Shown here in pieces: positions 45,001-55,513 of a stretch of 64,000 bases of DNA. Both the position numbers and the translations under genes were made by a program. Every line of letters begins with the position of its first letter. The first letter of the stretch is position 1. This DNA comes from a virus. The notes beneath the pieces were generated by a model, which did no database searches, was not told the origin of the DNA, and worked only from the letters and a program-made list of their open reading frames with translations. The stretch covers positions 43,455 to 107,454 of IMG/VR virus record IMGVR_UViG_3300032242_002636; one strand, given 5' to 3'.

Positions 45001-46648
45001 TTACCTAGAGACCTTCCCATCTGATTCAGAGGCACGACCTCAACAAAAACAAGCTCTTGAAAAGATAGCTAGAGTATTCTCTAGCGGTAAAAAGTTTGTA
45101 ATTGCTTGTCTTCCTACAGGATCAGGTAAGTCTCATATTGCCGCCGCTGTTGCAAGGTCAGCAAGTCCTATTTGTGAGCGTAAAAAACAGATTATAAGCA
45201 CATATGCTGTTTATGATAAAGATCGTGATGGTGCATACAAATATGAAGATGATTTTCTTTCTGGTGATTCTTTTGGAAGTTATATTTTAACTGTAACTAA
45301 ATCTCTTCAGGATCAATACAAAGAACTTTTTCCTGATTTGGTTATAGCAAAGGGAAAGAATAATTATAATTGTGATATAGATCCTAATGTAACAGTAGAT
45401 TTTGCTCCTTGTTTACATTCTCCCAAGATTAAAGAAAAGTGTTTTGCGGCTAATAGATGTCCTTATTATATTGCAAGGAATGAGGCATTCATGTCTATTG
45501 ATCCTATTTTAAATTATAGGGCATTTATTTCTTTACCTGCCTTTTTAAGAAGAAGAGAAATTTATATTTGTGACGAAGCAAGTGATTTAGAGGCTGAATT
45601 AGTGGGACAGTATTCCATTACAATCAATTATTCACAGCTTGCGTCTGAAGGTATTGATTATAACAAGCTCTACAGCGATGATAGTGATACTGCATTCAAA
45701 TGGCTTCAGGATGTTTATATCAAAACCAAGAATGAACTTGATAGTCTTAAGACCAGAATATCCAATATGGCTAAGAATGACTCTTCTACAGCTATTAAAG
45801 CAAAGGAAATACAAAGACTTGGTAAATTAAATGGATTGGTGAGTTCCATTGAAGAAGTCATCAGCGTATGGGATGAATGTGAATACTTGGTAGAAAATAG
45901 AGATTCAGAAAAAATCACATTTGTTCCTTATGACATTAAACCTTTGGCTAGAAAGATATTTAATGGTGCGGATATGATTCTTATGATGTCTGCTACCATT
46001 ACAAATCCACAGGAATTTGCCAAGAGTCTAGGTATTACCGAAAATGAATATGAGTATATAGAGATTCCTTCTGGTTTTGATCCTAAAATGTCTCCTATTA
46101 AGTCTACAAGAAAATATAGCCTTTCATATAAGACTAATAATAAAGATCTTCCTCATATCATAGATTCTGCTATTCAGATTTGTGATAATCACAAAGGAGA
46201 AAAGGGGATTATCCATACCCATACCAATCAAATAACCCAAGCTTTGAGAAATAGAGTAGGAAACAATAGTAGGTTCTTGTTCAGGGATATTGGAACTACC
46301 AATGAGCAAATTATCTCTGAACATAGGGACAGAATTAATGATGATACCATTCTCGTAAGTCCTTCCTTGGACACAGGAATTAGTTTAGATGGAGACTTAG
46401 GGAGATTTCAGATTATTTTAAAGGCTCCTTTCCTTCCTCTAAATTCAAAGAGAATTAAAAAGATATACGATAAGAATAAAAAGTATTATATCATGAAAAT
46501 GTTAGATAATCTGGTTCAGATGTGTGGTAGATGTACTAGATCAGCCGAAGATCACTCTGTTACCTATATATTAGATGGTAATGCAGTTACATCTATTCTA
46601 GATAATAAAAGATATTTGCCTAAACACTTCTTAGAACGACTTGTATGA
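44975..46648 (+). CDS. DinG/Rad3-like SF2 helicase with predicted Fe-S cluster
   Basis: Q motif RPQQ; PTGSGKS; LQDQY; KGKNNYNC...C...C...CPY; DEAS; MSAT; K.PF; QMCGRCTR...D...TYILD. Confidence 0.88.
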   Translation: MLKTLPLVDYLETFPSDSEARPQQKQALEKIARVFSSGKKFVIACLPTGSGKSHIAAAVARSASPICERKKQIISTYAVYDKDRDGAYKYEDDFLSGDSFGSYILTVTKSLQDQYKELFPDLVIAKGKNNYNCDIDPNVTVDFAPCLHSPKIKEKCFAANRCPYYIARNEAFMSIDPILNYRAFISLPAFLRRREIYICDEASDLEAELVGQYSITINYSQLASEGIDYNKLYSDDSDTAFKWLQDVYIKTKNELDSLKTRISNMAKNDSSTAIKAKEIQRLGKLNGLVSSIEEVISVWDECEYLVENRDSEKITFVPYDIKPLARKIFNGADMILMMSATITNPQEFAKSLGITENEYEYIEIPSGFDPKMSPIKSTRKYSLSYKTNNKDLPHIIDSAIQICDNHKGEKGIIHTHTNQITQALRNRVGNNSRFLFRDIGTTNEQIISEHRDRINDDTILVSPSLDTGISLDGDLGRFQIILKAPFLPLNSKRIKKIYDKNKKYYIMKMLDNLVQMCGRCTRSAEDHSVTYILDGNAVTSILDNKRYLPKHFLERLV

Positions 46649-46650
46649 AG

Positions 46651-46656
46651 TAAATA
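46651..46656 (+). promoter_or_regulatory. candidate late promoter TAAATA
   Basis: 6 nt before the GTG of the gp15-like gene. Confidence 0.55.
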
Positions 46657-46662
46657 TTAAAG

Positions 46663-47358
46663 GTGAAGAACTATACCTTTAATTTTGAAGTACAGACGCT
46701 GTTAGAACAGTTCGTAGCGGCTTTTAATGATATTATCATTAAAAGATATGATAATAACAAAACATTAATATCTCCTACAAGTGGTCATAAGGTTAGTTTT
46801 GTTTATGCTCCAAAGCAAAGAGTATATGATACTCTCAATACACCATCTCCCGGTGGTTTAACTGTACCTGCTGTTGCTGTAACCATAGCAAGTGTTTCTA
46901 GAGACAATGCTAGAGTATTTAATAAGTTAGATGGATTCACTGTTCCTAATATAGATCTTGATAATGGTGATTACTTAAAGAGTATTCCACAACCAGTTCC
47001 TGTTAATATTGGAGTTAACATGACAATTGTTACAAAGTATCAATCTGATATGGATCAGATTATTACTAATTTTACTCCTTATTGTGATCCATATATTATT
47101 ATTTCATGGAAGCTTCCATTTGCAAAGAATTATGAAATAAGATCAGAAGTTCTATGGAGTGGACAGATAAATCTTAATTATCCAACAGATATAGGACCAA
47201 CACAGCCATATAGAGTATCTGCTGATACATCTTTTACAATTAAAGGTTGGTTGTTTAAGAAAACAGATCAGGTTGTTAAGAAAATTTATACAATTAATGC
47301 AGACTTTTTTGATTCTACTAATCCACAACAAGATTCTATTCTATTAACCGAACTCTAA
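46663..47358 (+). CDS. 15: tail sheath stabilizer/completion protein (gp15-like)
   Basis: F...FNDIIIKR; YAPKQR; PVPVNI; DMDQII; FTIKGWLF. Confidence 0.75.
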   Translation: MKNYTFNFEVQTLLEQFVAAFNDIIIKRYDNNKTLISPTSGHKVSFVYAPKQRVYDTLNTPSPGGLTVPAVAVTIASVSRDNARVFNKLDGFTVPNIDLDNGDYLKSIPQPVPVNIGVNMTIVTKYQSDMDQIITNFTPYCDPYIIISWKLPFAKNYEIRSEVLWSGQINLNYPTDIGPTQPYRVSADTSFTIKGWLFKKTDQVVKKIYTINADFFDSTNPQQDSILLTEL

Positions 47359-47361
47359 AAT

Positions 47362-47853
47362 ATGGAAAAAGTCTCTTTTTACGCAAAACCTAGTGCTACT
47401 GATATAAAGCCTTATAGTCTTTATGTTTTGTCTTTACCACTTTCATCATCACAGTCTAAAACTGTTAATCTTCTTGGTAAAAGTTTTTTATTACCAAGAA
47501 ATTTATATTTAAGTGCAGCTGATATAGAATTATATAATGGACTTAGTTATAGTTATTTCAATCCATTCTCTTCATTTCCTAACTTATCAGAAAATAATCC
47601 CGGTTTTACTGCCTATGCAGTTCCTGAATTTACATTAATAGGTGATACTAAAATTATTTTTAATATACCTAATGAATTTTTTAATTATATTCTTCAAAAA
47701 GAAGGATATAGTACATATATTGATATAATAATAGAAAACGAAGCTGGATATGGTTTGTTATCTAGAGATAGCTATTCATATTCTATTAGTTCTTGGAGTG
47801 GATTTATTCCTTATCAAAAACCAAGTATAAATGGATTTTTACTTTTTAATTGA
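47362..47853 (+). CDS. hypothetical virion-associated protein
   Basis: 163 aa beta-rich ORF in the late operon; IDIIIENEAGY. Confidence 0.6.
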   Translation: MEKVSFYAKPSATDIKPYSLYVLSLPLSSSQSKTVNLLGKSFLLPRNLYLSAADIELYNGLSYSYFNPFSSFPNLSENNPGFTAYAVPEFTLIGDTKIIFNIPNEFFNYILQKEGYSTYIDIIIENEAGYGLLSRDSYSYSISSWSGFIPYQKPSINGFLLFN

Positions 47854-47893
47854 TTTTTAATCAAATACTACAAGATAAATGAGGTATTATCCA

Positions 47894-47899
47894 TAAATA
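47894..47899 (+). promoter_or_regulatory. candidate late promoter TAAATA
   Basis: 6 nt before ATG 47906. Confidence 0.55.
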
Positions 47900-47905
47900 T
47901 TGTTA

Positions 47906-50900
47906 ATGTCTGCTACGTTTAGTATATACAATATTTTATCTGCTACCTACTGGAAACCAGTGGATTTTAATGTAGTTGGGGAGCAATTTGATGTCAAAAA
48001 GACACCTTTGCTTCTTGATAATGGGATGTATTTTTATTTACATAATGTATTATCTGATCCTATAGATTTTACTTTTAATAGAAAAACAGGAACATTTCTA
48101 TCAAGTATAATATACAATTCATATTTTTTAAAAAATAAGAAAAATCCAAAATTAGTAGATAATTTGACAAAGATTGAATCTCCTATTGCTACTTTATCTG
48201 GTAATATAGTAACCTTTTACAATTCAAATTCTTCTTTACCTAATAATCCTACTGTTTTAAAAGATACTCTTGGTACTATTTTTGGTAAAAATGATGTTTT
48301 TACGTTTTATTTTGAAGAAAATAATAAAGTAAGCATAAAAAATAAACTAGGAAATGTTCTTACTGCTGATTTTTTTGGTACTAATGGCTTAAAATTTAAA
48401 TCTCAAATATATCCACCTGCACAAACACAACTTTTTGATTACTTTTTAGGAGAATCATCTATTATTTTATTTAAATCTAATACAAATTATACAAATATAG
48501 TAACAAGAAATACAGATAATATATATGTATTAAGTTCTGTAAATTTAACAAATAATAACATTTTACCTAATGATGCAATTTTTAATTTTATTTCTTATAA
48601 GAAAAATTTAATAGATTTTGAAAATGATGTTTCTGACAGTTTTATGGTAAAATATAAAACAAATCCAATAATCTATGAAAATATTTTGGATGTTGATTAT
48701 AATTTTTCTAATAATAATTTATTGTCACAAAATTATCTTGGTCTTTTCCCTGTAGAAAATCCCAACATAACCGATGTGGATTGTGTTTATGATTTACAAG
48801 TACATGGTTTGAAAAATTATCAAACTCCTGAATATAAATACACAACAGCAAATCCCTTAACAGGCATATCTTCCTCAATAAGAAGATTATATAATAAGAT
48901 ATACACAGGAACTAATCAACTTAATGGTTATGATAAAGTTTATCTGGGATATAGTGCAGATACAAAAGAATATAATTTCAAAGTAAATCAAGAAACTCCT
49001 TTTTATTATCCATCTACTTGTAAAAGAGTTACACTTCAAAATTCTGGACTTATAGAAGATGGTGCTACAGCAGGTGAATTGCCATTTACTTCTGATCGTA
49101 TTTATATTTATAGAAAAAATTATGAAGAAACAATTCCCGGTCAACCACAACCAAAAAGTATAACTAAATATGACAATGTTTGGCTTTGTTCTTGGTTATC
49201 TGGTTCTAATTTAGGTCATAAAATTTGGCTAGATAGATACTATAATGCTGCTTACTATACTTTAGATCAAGCATTAACTGCAAAAGCAGTTGTTTATAAT
49301 CCTGCTTTATATGCTGATAAACCATTTACATATGATGTTCCTTCTACAATTATTCTAGAACCTGGTGTTCTTTACAAATACAATAGAACAGGTCAGGAAA
49401 GCAGTAAACAATTTTTATCTTATCTGGATCAAGATAAAAATTTACCAAATGGTGCAAAATTATTGAGTATAACTAATTGGTCTTCTGCTGTTTTAGTAGA
49501 TGATTCTAAATATCATAATAACGGATTAACCTTCTTTAATATTTCTGAAAATTTAAATGGTAATTATTGGAAATTGGATGGAACAAATCATGCAGTATTT
49601 CCATCAAAATCTTCACTTTTACAAAAGTCAAGACTTACTGTTTCCATGTGGATTAATGTGAATGATTGGTCTAATATATATGGAGATCAAGTATTTGGAA
49701 ATTATTACGATAGTGGTTTTGGATTAGTTAATGAAGGTGCTTTAAGTGCTCCTATATTAACTATAACCAATGTAGGATCAGCAGTAGCATATAATATAAA
49801 TTATAAATTTACAAAACTTTCTGAGATACCTCTTCCTGCTAATAAAAATTCTGAATATACTTTTATACAAAGACTACCTGATTATAGTTATTGGGTATTT
49901 GATTCAAAAAATAAAACAGGAGTTAAATACAATGCAATTAATAATATCATAGGAGGTCTTTCTAGTTTAAATACAAAACTCAGTGGAATAGATCAAATAG
50001 AAATTGATGCATATCAAAATTTTTATTTCTATGATAATACAATTAAATCATATATAAAAACAGATGGTAATGGCAATTTTATTGAACAAAATTATTTCTC
50101 ATTGACTTCTGGTTTTAATAGAATAGAAATAGATAATCAAACTAATGATGTGATTGGTATATACGGAAATGCATCTGTAATTGATAACTATAATAACATA
50201 TGGGAAGTTGTCGGTGGTAATTTATATAAGAACAGACAAGTATTTGCAAACATAGGTACAACACAACAATTGACATGTGATTCTAAAAATAATATTTGGA
50301 TATCACATAATCAAGATACAATTTCAAAGTTAAACACAATTACAGGATTGTTCGAATTCTCATTTAGAATAGGTAGAAATTCGTCAGCAGAATTAAATCC
50401 TTGTAAATCACAAGAAAGATTTCGTTATATAGATTTTGTTAAAGTACCAAAAGGAAATACAGAAACATGTGATAAGAGCGTAGTATATCAAGATAATTTA
50501 ATTATTGTTGATGTAAGAGATAATGAAATTTATGTATTAGATCAAACAGGAAATTTTTTATCTAAACTTGATATAAGAGGCTTACTATCAAATCCAAAAA
50601 TTTTATTAAATTTTTATGCAAAGGGAGATTTTACAGGATATCAATATCTTAGAAAATTTGGAGGAAATGTAAAAAGACTTTCTTGGAAGTTTAAAATATC
50701 AGAACCTAATGGTAAAAATTCTAAGCTATTATCACTTAACTATGCTGTAAGTTCACTACCTAAAGGATGGCATCATTTCTCATTTGTTTTTGATTCATTA
50801 AAAGGAAATGCAAAATACTACATAGATTCTATACCAGTAGATAGTGTATCATTTACTCCTTTTAAATATCAATTGTACTATGATTACAGATCTTCATTAT

Positions 50901-51295
50901 TACTTGGTGCAGCTACTGTTAAAAATACAACTTTGAACGATATTATAGGAATAGATGATAGTTATAAATTCATAGGTAATGTTTCAGATCTTAAAATGTA
51001 TTCTAAATCTCTTACAAATGGAGAAATAGAACAGATATATTTCTCTTCAGATTTTACAGATTCTCGTAAGGATCTTAATTGGAATATGAGAGTTGGTAGT
51101 AGAAATTTTATTGAAGAAATTGAACATTGGTATAAGATGCAAATGCCCGGTAGTAAAAGCAAGTACTTTAATATTAATATACACAACCTAAATATAGATA
51201 AAAATATAAAGAAAATTTTAGAGGAATCTTTAAAATCAAGTATATCTAAGATTATACCTGCTGAATCTTCTCTTTATAAGATAAAATGGATGTAA
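47906..51295 (+). CDS. large virion protein: LamG/ConA-like domain interrupted by a beta-propeller
   Basis: DDSKYHNNG...LDG...TVSMWINVNDW, and much later GWHHFSFVFD...YYID...FIG.VSDLKMYSKSL..EI. DSKNNIWI-type repeats lie in between. Confidence 0.7.
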   Translation: MSATFSIYNILSATYWKPVDFNVVGEQFDVKKTPLLLDNGMYFYLHNVLSDPIDFTFNRKTGTFLSSIIYNSYFLKNKKNPKLVDNLTKIESPIATLSGNIVTFYNSNSSLPNNPTVLKDTLGTIFGKNDVFTFYFEENNKVSIKNKLGNVLTADFFGTNGLKFKSQIYPPAQTQLFDYFLGESSIILFKSNTNYTNIVTRNTDNIYVLSSVNLTNNNILPNDAIFNFISYKKNLIDFENDVSDSFMVKYKTNPIIYENILDVDYNFSNNNLLSQNYLGLFPVENPNITDVDCVYDLQVHGLKNYQTPEYKYTTANPLTGISSSIRRLYNKIYTGTNQLNGYDKVYLGYSADTKEYNFKVNQETPFYYPSTCKRVTLQNSGLIEDGATAGELPFTSDRIYIYRKNYEETIPGQPQPKSITKYDNVWLCSWLSGSNLGHKIWLDRYYNAAYYTLDQALTAKAVVYNPALYADKPFTYDVPSTIILEPGVLYKYNRTGQESSKQFLSYLDQDKNLPNGAKLLSITNWSSAVLVDDSKYHNNGLTFFNISENLNGNYWKLDGTNHAVFPSKSSLLQKSRLTVSMWINVNDWSNIYGDQVFGNYYDSGFGLVNEGALSAPILTITNVGSAVAYNINYKFTKLSEIPLPANKNSEYTFIQRLPDYSYWVFDSKNKTGVKYNAINNIIGGLSSLNTKLSGIDQIEIDAYQNFYFYDNTIKSYIKTDGNGNFIEQNYFSLTSGFNRIEIDNQTNDVIGIYGNASVIDNYNNIWEVVGGNLYKNRQVFANIGTTQQLTCDSKNNIWISHNQDTISKLNTITGLFEFSFRIGRNSSAELNPCKSQERFRYIDFVKVPKGNTETCDKSVVYQDNLIIVDVRDNEIYVLDQTGNFLSKLDIRGLLSNPKILLNFYAKGDFTGYQYLRKFGGNVKRLSWKFKISEPNGKNSKLLSLNYAVSSLPKGWHHFSFVFDSLKGNAKYYIDSIPVDSVSFTPFKYQLYYDYRSSLLLGAATVKNTTLNDIIGIDDSYKFIGNVSDLKMYSKSLTNGEIEQIYFSSDFTDSRKDLNWNMRVGSRNFIEEIEHWYKMQMPGSKSKYFNINIHNLNIDKNIKKILEESLKSSISKIIPAESSLYKIKWM

Positions 51296-51296
51296 A

Positions 51297-52076
51297 ATGA
51301 CAACTTTCAAAAAAACAACACCAACATGTTCAAATATCTATTTGATAGATGAGAATCTTTGCTTGGCTAATACATTAGATACTATAAATTACAATGTATA
51401 TTCGCTTTCTTCGGCTATTACTGATGTAAGCAGATATTATTCTACATGGTTTAACTTATATACCATATTTACAACATATAGTTCTAAATGGATAAAAACA
51501 GCTACTAATATTAAATCTTTTAGTGCTACATGGATTGATACTGCAACAACAGTTTCAACACTTAGTTCTAATTGGAATAAATCATATACTTTGTATTATC
51601 CCAAAATGCTTGATATAAATTATTGGAATGGTCTTGGAACAACAAATCAAAATAATATCTTAATAACTTGGTTGAATAATAACTTTAGTTCTAAGATTTA
51701 TAATATAAATCAAATAATTGATATTGTGGTTTATTTAAATCAAAATCAACCATTTTCATTTAGATTTAACAGATCATTCTATGAATCTTGCATACCTACA
51801 GGAGGTGGATTATCTATTTCATGTAATGGTTGTGGTCAGAGACCATACAGAGGATGTAACCACCACGGAGGGAAAGCAGGTTATGGTCCTTGTACAAATG
51901 CTTATGATGGTTGTAACATAACACGAACTTCGAATAATCCTGCATCTGTATCTTGTACTGGAAGCGGAGCAAAAACCTTAAATATAGGATTGAATAGAAA
52001 TGCTACTGATAAAAATACTGCTAGAACAGTAAATGTAAGGTTTAAAAATATAAATAGGAGTTGGACTGTTATATGA
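51297..52076 (+). CDS. virion/fibre protein, paralog 1 (Cys-rich insert)
   Basis: IDENLCLANTLDTINYN N-terminus shared with the next two ORFs. Confidence 0.6.
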   Translation: MTTFKKTTPTCSNIYLIDENLCLANTLDTINYNVYSLSSAITDVSRYYSTWFNLYTIFTTYSSKWIKTATNIKSFSATWIDTATTVSTLSSNWNKSYTLYYPKMLDINYWNGLGTTNQNNILITWLNNNFSSKIYNINQIIDIVVYLNQNQPFSFRFNRSFYESCIPTGGGLSISCNGCGQRPYRGCNHHGGKAGYGPCTNAYDGCNITRTSNNPASVSCTGSGAKTLNIGLNRNATDKNTARTVNVRFKNINRSWTVI

Positions 52077-53071
52077 GTGTATATTATACAATAAATCCAC
52101 AAGATACTATAGGAAACTCATTATCTTCTGTTAATATTAACTATTATAACTTAGAGTTAGATACCTTTACAGTAAAAACAAGTGCTGATAAATTATGGAC
52201 TCCTATGTTGGAGTATTATCTTACCTTTAATAAATTTTTAAAAGATACAACTAGTATTGTTCAGAGAAATTCTTCTTTATTAATCAGCACTGCTACAACT
52301 GTAGAAAGTAATTCTTCTGGTTGGATAAAACCTATTACTATATTTTATCCATCATTATTTCCTTCTAATTATCCAACTAATTCTATAGTAGAAACTATAT
52401 CATCTTGGGTGGAATCTTATTTTCCAGTTATTAATCCTACTAAATATGTTATTGATGATACTACTGGAAATACAATAGAAATACCACCAACAAAAACTAA
52501 CTATGTAGAAAACCAAATGGCTATTATATATGCACATACATGGCAATATGGTACAAGTATTTCAGAAAATCAATTTATATTAGATTACACATTATGCACT
52601 ACTGCTGATAAAACTATTTGTTCATATTGTACTGATAGGTATTATGGATATGTTTATTGTAGTAATGGAAATTTCAACTGTGGGGGACAAGCATTTTCAT
52701 GTCAAAAATGTCAAACATTGAGTTGTTATTATAAAACTCCTCCTTATAATCTTTATGTCCCTCCCATAACATATACTTGGAAAACAGAAGATCATTATTC
52801 TACTATACCAACAGTTGTAAATAATCCTATTTTAAATAAAAAAGGGATATTATTTAAATATATAAAGAAAGTTGTTCAAAGAGTTGTAAAATGGACAACA
52901 AGAACACTTGTTCCTAGTACACCTACACCAAGTAACAAAAATTCTTATGGTGGTATAACGGCAAATATAGAAATGACATTTCAAGACAGAAATGAATTAG
53001 ATACTATAACAGCAGTTGTTTTTAAAGTTAAAAACTGTAAGTGGGTATTTGACAAAAAATATATAACATAA
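52061..53071 (+). CDS. virion/fibre protein, paralog 2 (Cys-rich insert)
   Basis: INPQDTIGNSLSSVNIN N-terminus; the likely start is MSVYY (52073). Confidence 0.6.
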   Translation: MDCYMSVYYTINPQDTIGNSLSSVNINYYNLELDTFTVKTSADKLWTPMLEYYLTFNKFLKDTTSIVQRNSSLLISTATTVESNSSGWIKPITIFYPSLFPSNYPTNSIVETISSWVESYFPVINPTKYVIDDTTGNTIEIPPTKTNYVENQMAIIYAHTWQYGTSISENQFILDYTLCTTADKTICSYCTDRYYGYVYCSNGNFNCGGQAFSCQKCQTLSCYYKTPPYNLYVPPITYTWKTEDHYSTIPTVVNNPILNKKGILFKYIKKVVQRVVKWTTRTLVPSTPTPSNKNSYGGITANIEMTFQDRNELDTITAVVFKVKNCKWVFDKKYIT

Positions 53072-53072
53072 A

Positions 53073-54617
53073 ATGAGCAATAGAAAATTAACTCAAGAAA
53101 TTTATAAAGAAGATTGTGTAGGAGATTCTTCTGGAAAACACAATTATAATTTAATGTCTTTGGACACATATATTTGCAATCTATCTAGTGAATTTTTTAT
53201 ATCAAAAAATAATTTTTATACAATATTCAGTGATTTTATAAAAAATTATCCTATCTTTATACAAGCTACTAATTTGTTTTTAGACCCAAGCAGATATAAT
53301 CTTGTTACAGCAACAGTAAACTTGCTTAGTGCCTATTGGGATAAACATGAATTTTCTGTTCATTATCCTCTTAATATATCACTTCTTAATAATCTTGCAA
53401 TAAGTTGTCCAACAGTTAATCAATTAGATCAAAAATTAATTTCTTTAGCTAAAACATATTTAAATAAAAATTATCCCGCAACAGGTTATACAAAAAATAC
53501 AAATGTAAATGTTATATTTTTCCTTTATAATGTTCCTGTAAATCCTAATGATCCAAATGATTTAATAACCTTTAATACTAGTCCTGAATTTTCATTTATG
53601 ACTAGGCATATGTATGCTGAATACATAAAACAAGATATTCATTTAGGAAATGGAAAAATATTTAAATTTTATAATGATAACAATGGCAATTGGATATATG
53701 ATAGTTTAGATGTAGGTAGTACAGAAGTAACAAAACAACCCATTTTTGTTAAAGGTATACCTCCTAGAATATCAACCAGACCTTCAACAGAAAATGGTAG
53801 ATCTACTATAGAACTAACTTTAGTTAATGACACAACAAACTTTGATTTATTCTATCAAACAGTTCATAGTGGTCTTTATTATGCTGGTTATACTGATGTA
53901 ATATTAACTATTAATAGAGGTGTTAATGTTGGAAGTGATGTAAATGGTGGTGCTGCACTGGTTGTTTCTGGATTTACCGTAGGAGATACTATAACCATAA
54001 AAAATAATGGAAATATATATGGTTATGGAGGTCTCGGTGGTGATGGTGAATCTCTCGGTATTCCTTTATCAAATTCTAATAATGGTTCAAATGGTGGAGA
54101 TGCAATTTTATTAACATTCCCTACTAAAATAGTTAATAACGGAGTTATAGCTGGTGGAGGTGGTGGAGGTGCTGGAGGAATTGCCACATATAATAATACT
54201 AGTTATATTACTTTAAAGGGAAAGAAAGGAGAAAAACTTCAAGGTGGAGGTGGAGGTGGAGGAGGTGCTGGTTATGCTGGTGGTGCTGCTGGTTCTGGTG
54301 GATTTAAAAACGTAAAACCTCTCAACCCAAAAATAAAATATCTTTGGACTGATAGTGCTGGAACTGATGGTATTTCTGGTACATTTAATACACCCGGAAA
54401 TGGTGGAAGCGGTTATGTAAATGGTGGAACTGGCGGAACTTTAGGATCTGATGGTATTAACACAGGAGTTAAAGACGCTAAAGGAACTCAATTACCTCCT
54501 CTTGGTGGTAAGGCAGGTGCAGCTATTAAAGGATATAATTTCATAAACTCAATTACAACAACAAATTCTAATCCTGTGTCTATTAACGGTGACATTAGAG
54601 GATTATTTGTGCTATAA
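53073..54617 (+). CDS. virion/fibre protein, paralog 3 with glycine-rich receptor-binding-like C-terminal domain
   Basis: IYKEDCVGDSSGKHNYN N-terminus; I.NNG.I.G.GG.GG, IAGGGGGGAGG and GG.AG.AI.G resemble T-even gp38-type polyglycine adhesins. Confidence 0.65.
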   Translation: MSNRKLTQEIYKEDCVGDSSGKHNYNLMSLDTYICNLSSEFFISKNNFYTIFSDFIKNYPIFIQATNLFLDPSRYNLVTATVNLLSAYWDKHEFSVHYPLNISLLNNLAISCPTVNQLDQKLISLAKTYLNKNYPATGYTKNTNVNVIFFLYNVPVNPNDPNDLITFNTSPEFSFMTRHMYAEYIKQDIHLGNGKIFKFYNDNNGNWIYDSLDVGSTEVTKQPIFVKGIPPRISTRPSTENGRSTIELTLVNDTTNFDLFYQTVHSGLYYAGYTDVILTINRGVNVGSDVNGGAALVVSGFTVGDTITIKNNGNIYGYGGLGGDGESLGIPLSNSNNGSNGGDAILLTFPTKIVNNGVIAGGGGGGAGGIATYNNTSYITLKGKKGEKLQGGGGGGGGAGYAGGAAGSGGFKNVKPLNPKIKYLWTDSAGTDGISGTFNTPGNGGSGYVNGGTGGTLGSDGINTGVKDAKGTQLPPLGGKAGAAIKGYNFINSITTTNSNPVSINGDIRGLFVL

Positions 54618-54623
54618 TGAAGT

Positions 54624-55067
54624 ATGTTTGCACTTTTTAATACAGAAAAACAATTTATAGGATATAGTCCTGATATTCCAGAAAATTCAAATATCTTAAA
54701 GAAAGATATACCAGAGGAACAATCTGATATTACTCTGTGGAGATGGGAAGGAGACTATGATAATGGTAGAATGATTTCTATAAATATAGGATATCCCATA
54801 GAAGAAATAGAATTAGAAAGACAGTTATTTGAGTATATAGGCAAGGAATATCCTATTAATGTTCAAATACTTAAAATAATAAAGCAATTAAAAAGAATCG
54901 TACAAGATAATGACCGATTACAAGATGATGAATTTATGGATATGTCAGATTGTATAATAAGTGCAGTAGACAAATACACTAAAAGAGTTAATTATTATAG
55001 AAATTACGCCAATTTAATACCAAGACATGAATCAGAGCAACAATTCAATAACGCATTTGGAAAATAA
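54624..55067 (+). CDS. hypothetical protein (possible fibre chaperone)
   Basis: 147 aa directly after the fibre genes; function inferred from position only. Confidence 0.5.
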   Translation: MFALFNTEKQFIGYSPDIPENSNILKKDIPEEQSDITLWRWEGDYDNGRMISINIGYPIEEIELERQLFEYIGKEYPINVQILKIIKQLKRIVQDNDRLQDDEFMDMSDCIISAVDKYTKRVNYYRNYANLIPRHESEQQFNNAFGK

Positions 55068-55512
55068 TAATGATCCTAGTCTAAAATTACGATATTCTCG
55101 TGGATTAGGAGATGCAATTGCATCCATTTTGCATAGTAAAGCCATAGGATGGTTAACAAAAATCATTACAGGCAAGAATAAGCCATGTAAAGTATGTTCT
55201 GAGAGGGCTAATGCATTGAATATTTTATTCCCAATACCTTTTTGGAGATTATTTTTTCGAAATGCAGAAGATCTTGTTCAATCTTTAGCTAAAGAGATGG
55301 AGGAAGCTGGTTACAAAGTCGAATTAACATCAGATAAATTAGGATTATCATCCTCTAAAGCAAAAATAAAAATACATTCAGAAGAAAATCAAGAAGAAAC
55401 CTTTTATAAGCATAAAATAGATCAAAATTTAGATAATTATAAATTAATAACAAGTGGTGATAATTTTGCAGGTGAGTTTATGATAAGAACTCAAATATAC
55501 AAAAAAATATAA
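55027..55512 (+). CDS. hypothetical protein with RGLGD...CxxC..R...LN motif
   Basis: SRGLGDAIASILH...PCKVCSERANALN. Confidence 0.6.
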   Translation: MNQSNNSITHLENNNDPSLKLRYSRGLGDAIASILHSKAIGWLTKIITGKNKPCKVCSERANALNILFPIPFWRLFFRNAEDLVQSLAKEMEEAGYKVELTSDKLGLSSSKAKIKIHSEENQEETFYKHKIDQNLDNYKLITSGDNFAGEFMIRTQIYKKI

Positions 55513-55513
55513 T

